NCBI GenBank assembly: GCA_002742935.1
Contig: PDON01000066.1
Coordinates: 6,185 to 70,184, forward strand
Source of the DNA: Candidatus Cloacimonadota bacterium
GTDB taxonomy: Bacteria > UBA4055
Length of the DNA stretch: 64,000 bases
Direction: 5' to 3'
Shown one piece after another: positions 62,833 to 64,000 of the stretch. The position numbers and the translations under genes were made by a program. Each line of letters begins with the position of its first letter. The first letter of the stretch is position 1. Under the pieces are notes generated by a model. It did no database searches. It was not told the origin of the DNA and worked only from the letters and a program-made list of their open reading frames with translations.

Positions 62833-64000
62833 GTAATCTTAGCTCATCTAAACCCACAATTATAAAATCATCTACATTTCTATCCTTTTTATCAAAGGCT
62901 ATACCCATGCAGAAAACCTCTCTTTTATCGGATAAGTATGGCTCGTAATACTTTTTCTCTTTAATCTGTTTTATAGCAGATGAGGCACTACTCATCTTAA
63001 ACTCCATAATGTAAACAAAATCCTTTGTTTCAACTACGGCATCAATTATACCATTATTTGTTTTTTGTTCAACCTTAATATTTGTTCCAATAAACATTAA
63101 AGCTAAATAGATAACAGTATGGTAATAACTCTCATATTTTCCACTAACTAAATTGTTCGGTATAGAAGCAAAAATTGATCTCAAAGTATCAATAAATATT
63201 TCCATATTATTTGAATCTAAGGAGTTTAATAAGCTCTGTGCTTTTTGAGAATATAATCCACTCTGAATATCCGAAAATTCAGCACCTAAAAGTAGATATA
63301 AAGATTGTCTTATCTCTAAATTAGGGTATCCTAAATTGTAGGATAGAGAGAAATTATGGGGATTTATTATCTTTTCTTTAATAGTTAAATATCCTGCTTG
63401 GAATAGTAGAACGGTTATATCAATATTATTGATTTCGTAAGAGTCTAAGGCTGTTTCGGGAACATTTATAAAAGTATCATAATCCTTAATATTTAAATCT
63501 TTTTCTCTTATCTGCTTAACTAAAAATGTAGCAGTACCAGATTTAAACCAAAAATTTTTAAACTCTCTATCATTTAAAAAACTTATTACAGAGTATGGAT
63601 TATAAACAAAGGTTTTACCGTCCCAAGAGTATCCATTGTACCATAGTTTAATAAGTTCCATTAAACCTTTTCTATCGAGATTAAACTCATCCTCAATCTC
63701 TCTTAAATACTCTCCATAATTGTCTTCAATCTCTTTTTCGCTATATCCTGTAATATCCGCATATTGTTTTTTTATTGTTATATCCGTTAAATTATTCAGC
63801 TCGCTAAAAAACGATACTCTACTAAACTTTGAAACACCTGTTATAAAGAGAAGTTTTATATGTTTATCCAAATCCTTAACAACAGAGTAGAATTTTTTTA
63901 ATACTTCCCTATTTATTTCAGCTGTTTCTATATCAGTTATATAATCAATAATTGGTTTATCATACTCATCTATCAAAATAGCAACGGGGTTTTTCTCGCC
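62822..64000 (-). CDS. AAA-ATPase-like + PD-(D/E)XK nuclease-family protein (partial; N-terminus beyond the window end)
   Basis: The frame stays open past 63976 to the window edge (...GEKNPVAILIDEYDKPI...). The C-terminal IIDAVVETKDFVYIMEFK resembles a PD-(D/E)XK core. Confidence 0.7.
   Translation of the reverse strand, partial: GEKNPVAILIDEYDKPIIDYITDIETAEINREVLKKFYSVVKDLDKHIKLLFITGVSKFSRVSFFSELNNLTDITIKKQYADITGYSEKEIEDNYGEYLREIEDEFNLDRKGLMELIKLWYNGYSWDGKTFVYNPYSVISFLNDREFKNFWFKSGTATFLVKQIREKDLNIKDYDTFINVPETALDSYEINNIDITVLLFQAGYLTIKEKIINPHNFSLSYNLGYPNLEIRQSLYLLLGAEFSDIQSGLYSQKAQSLLNSLDSNNMEIFIDTLRSIFASIPNNLVSGKYESYYHTVIYLALMFIGTNIKVEQKTNNGIIDAVVETKDFVYIMEFKMSSASSAIKQIKEKKYYEPYLSDKREVFCMGIAFDKKDRNVDDFIIVGLDELRLHCQ

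Noticed and set aside
1-64000. CRISPR arrays, tRNA/rRNA genes, IS elements, integrases, prophage or defence-island signatures
   Set aside because: By eye I saw no regularly spaced direct repeats, no GTTCRAATC T-loops in GC-rich ~75-nt islands, no DDE/Tyr-recombinase ORFs and no terminal inverted repeats around any gene. The only transposase-like piece is the HTH of 13639..16035, which lacks a catalytic core.

Overview
AT-rich (roughly one-third G+C by eye) bacterial chromosomal segment, densely coding on both strands, with about 60 protein genes. I found no rRNA, tRNA, CRISPR array or intact mobile element. Genes recognisable from the translations: coaE, glmS, greA, dprA, dtd, ogt, arcC, ssb, rsgA, rpmB, a DEAD-box helicase, PspA/IM30, an RRM RNA-binding protein, MATE and NSS transporters, and an Opp/Dpp-type ABC importer (2 permeases + 2 ATPases, no binding protein). 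There are many envelope proteins. A PorV/PorQ-like barrel and a GLUG-repeat protein with a T9SS C-terminal sorting domain point to a diderm near the FCB group, yet promoters look like canonical TTGACA-17-TATAAT. Points for a second look: (1) a five-gene cluster (35.7-39.6 kb) of three NifX/NifB-type domains, an Mrp/NBP35 ATPase and two MinD-type ATPases with ferredoxin inserts; it is preceded by a near-consensus sigma-54 -24/-12 element that abuts the first ATG and by a 16-bp perfect palindrome about 130 bp upstream. (2) Three co-oriented intergenic repeats of about 113-135 nt (54.0, 59.6, 62.7 kb) with a modular hairpin. (3) A HesB/IscA-like selenoprotein whose in-frame UGA and SECIS-like hairpin the ORF track missed. 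(4) A GC-rich, purine-skewed island inside the largest (655 nt) non-coding gap. (5) A GlmL/EutA-like reactivase-type ATPase pair with no mutase nearby. (6) A GH2-like domain that has lost its catalytic Glu and is fused to a polytopic membrane domain. (7) An unannotated 34-codon MetS-like ORF after the NSS transporter. All family calls are by-eye motif recognition; none was verified by a database search.
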